This document shows positions 62,571 through 64,000 of a DNA stretch of 64,000 bases, one piece after another (positions within the stretch are counted from its first letter, which is position 1; each line of letters begins with the position of its first letter). Source of the stretch: Eledone cirrhosa (Eukaryota); assembly GCA_964016885.1 (NCBI GenBank), contig OZ024740.1:61070001-61134000 (forward strand), read 5' to 3'. The notes beneath the pieces are model-generated. The model ran no database searches. It worked only from the letters and a program-made list of their open reading frames with translations, and had not been told where the DNA came from. The position numbers and the translations under genes are program-made.

Positions 62571-62799
62571 CAAAACAAACGGCACAGTACATGGACGAAA
62601 TATATAGATTTATGCTTGAAATAGCAGGAAGAGAGTCTTAACGTTTCTGACTTCTGACACTAGCCCTTCATCAAAAGATAAAGTTAGAAATAGAAGATAA
62701 ATAGAAAGTAAAGAGTGATTAGAAGGAACAAGGCAAATGAGAAAAAAAAAATTGGGGAGTAAAAAAACAAGTGTGCATTTAGTCGGATATATTCATTTC

Positions 62800-63130
62800 A
62801 TTCATTCATTTCATTTTACGTCCGCTTTTTCCCTGCTTGCAAGGGTGGGACGAGAACTGATGCTGACTTGATTTCTACAGCTGGATGCCCTTCCTAACAC
62901 CAACCTCATTTACAGTGAGTGCTGGGTGCTTTTTTGCCGTGGCACCTGCACGACCACTTTGCAGTGGAATGATAGGGACCCCAGTCCCTATCATCTCATT
63001 TCTACAGCTGAGTAAACTGGAGCAATGTGAAATAAAGTGTCTTGCTCAAGGAAACAACACATCACCCGGTCTGAGAATTGAACTCACAACCTTTCGATTG
63101 CAAGGCCAATGCTCTAACCACTAAGCCATG
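62800..63130 (-). mobile_element. tRNA-derived SINE, young subfamily
   Basis: Reverse complement of 41602-41920 with few differences. Confidence 0.82.
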
Positions 63131-63195
63131 TTTACAAACAAACAAACCGAGCATTATAATAAATGTTCGGTAAACCGATATGTGCATATATATAT

Positions 63196-64000
63196 GTATT
63201 TTGTTAGAGATGCCTACTGGCTGGAGTAGGTTTTACTATATATTTAGGTAAGGCAGGTCTTCTCTGTTACTGAGTACCGCCAAAGGTCTCGGTCCAGTGA
63301 CATTGTCTTGGAGAGGTGTAAGTGTGTGATGTCGGAGTTTATCAGCTCGTCCCAGGTTTTTCTAGGTCTGCCTATTCCGTGACTACCGTCTATCTTTATT
63401 GCCCTGCACTTTGTTATACAGCTATCGACTTTCATGCGCATCACGTGTCCATACCAACGTAGCCTTCTCTCGAGTAAACAACATCTGATCCCTCTTATCT
63501 CTAATTTTTTCCTTAGTTCGTTTATGCTTTGCCGTTCACGTATATTACTGTTACACATCCAGCGGAGCATGCAAGCTTCGTTCCTCTCTAGTCTGCGTAT
63601 ATCCTCTGCACACAATGCCCAGGTCTCACTGCCATGCAGCATTGCTGTTCGTATGCAGGCATCGTACAACCTGCCTTTCATTTTTAGGGAGAACCCTTTA
63701 GCAGCTAATAGTGGTATAAGCTCTCTGAACTTTTTCCAACCAGTTCTGACTCTAGCTACAGTACTTTCAGAGCACCCTCCCCCACTGCTGATTTTATCGC
63801 CCAGGTAACGGAAGCTGTCCACTATTTCTATAGAACCCTCTGCGCAATTGAAAGAGCTAGTATTTTGTGGGCACTTGCTGCTACTTATTGCACCAGAACA
63901 CCGGCCACATGTAAAATCTATGTTCTTAGTTAGCTTACCTGTGATCCCACTACATCTTTTATGCACCCATACTTTGCATTTAGGACATAAAATGGAGTTT
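63196..64000 (-). mobile_element. RTE-clade LINE 3' part (ORF open to the window edge, stop at 63244)
   Basis: HKRC...CGRC, FRYLGD and RLRWYGHV motifs; short hairpin 3'UTR. Confidence 0.9.

Noticed and set aside
59623-64000. GNS first coding exon (signal peptide and TDD metal-binding motif)
   Set aside because: Not found by eye; probably beyond the window end.

Overview
This is AT-rich, repeat-dense eukaryotic DNA. It is most likely from an octopus or other coleoid cephalopod, inferred from the tandem C2H2 zinc-finger gene and the SINE, RTE and microsatellite landscape. Two host genes lie on the minus strand. The first is a C2H2 zinc-finger gene with a single coding exon (2089-2859) and a probable untranslated first exon near 16.0 kb. 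The second is an N-acetylglucosamine-6-sulfatase (GNS) gene, for which 11 coding exons with GT-AG boundaries can be read from 59620 down to the stop at 35864; its first exon is probably beyond the window end. The rest is transposon-derived: a Ty3/Gypsy-like element with both LTRs, a CR1-group LINE with an intact 919-aa ORF2, RTE LINEs carrying a PHD-like finger, R4/Dong-like and Penelope-like fragments, a Tc1/mariner relic, TTAA-flanked MITEs and tRNA-derived SINEs. The most unusual signal is a 457-bp non-coding unit at 5.2-5.9 kb carrying a near-complete type I hammerhead ribozyme plus an inverted, crippled copy. Related signals are further decayed hammerheads and a perfect 118-bp palindrome centred on a hammerhead-like AACGTT. 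GGGAAAC -1 frameshift signals occur in both the Gypsy element and the CR1-group LINE. All calls were made by eye; no database search or folding program was run.
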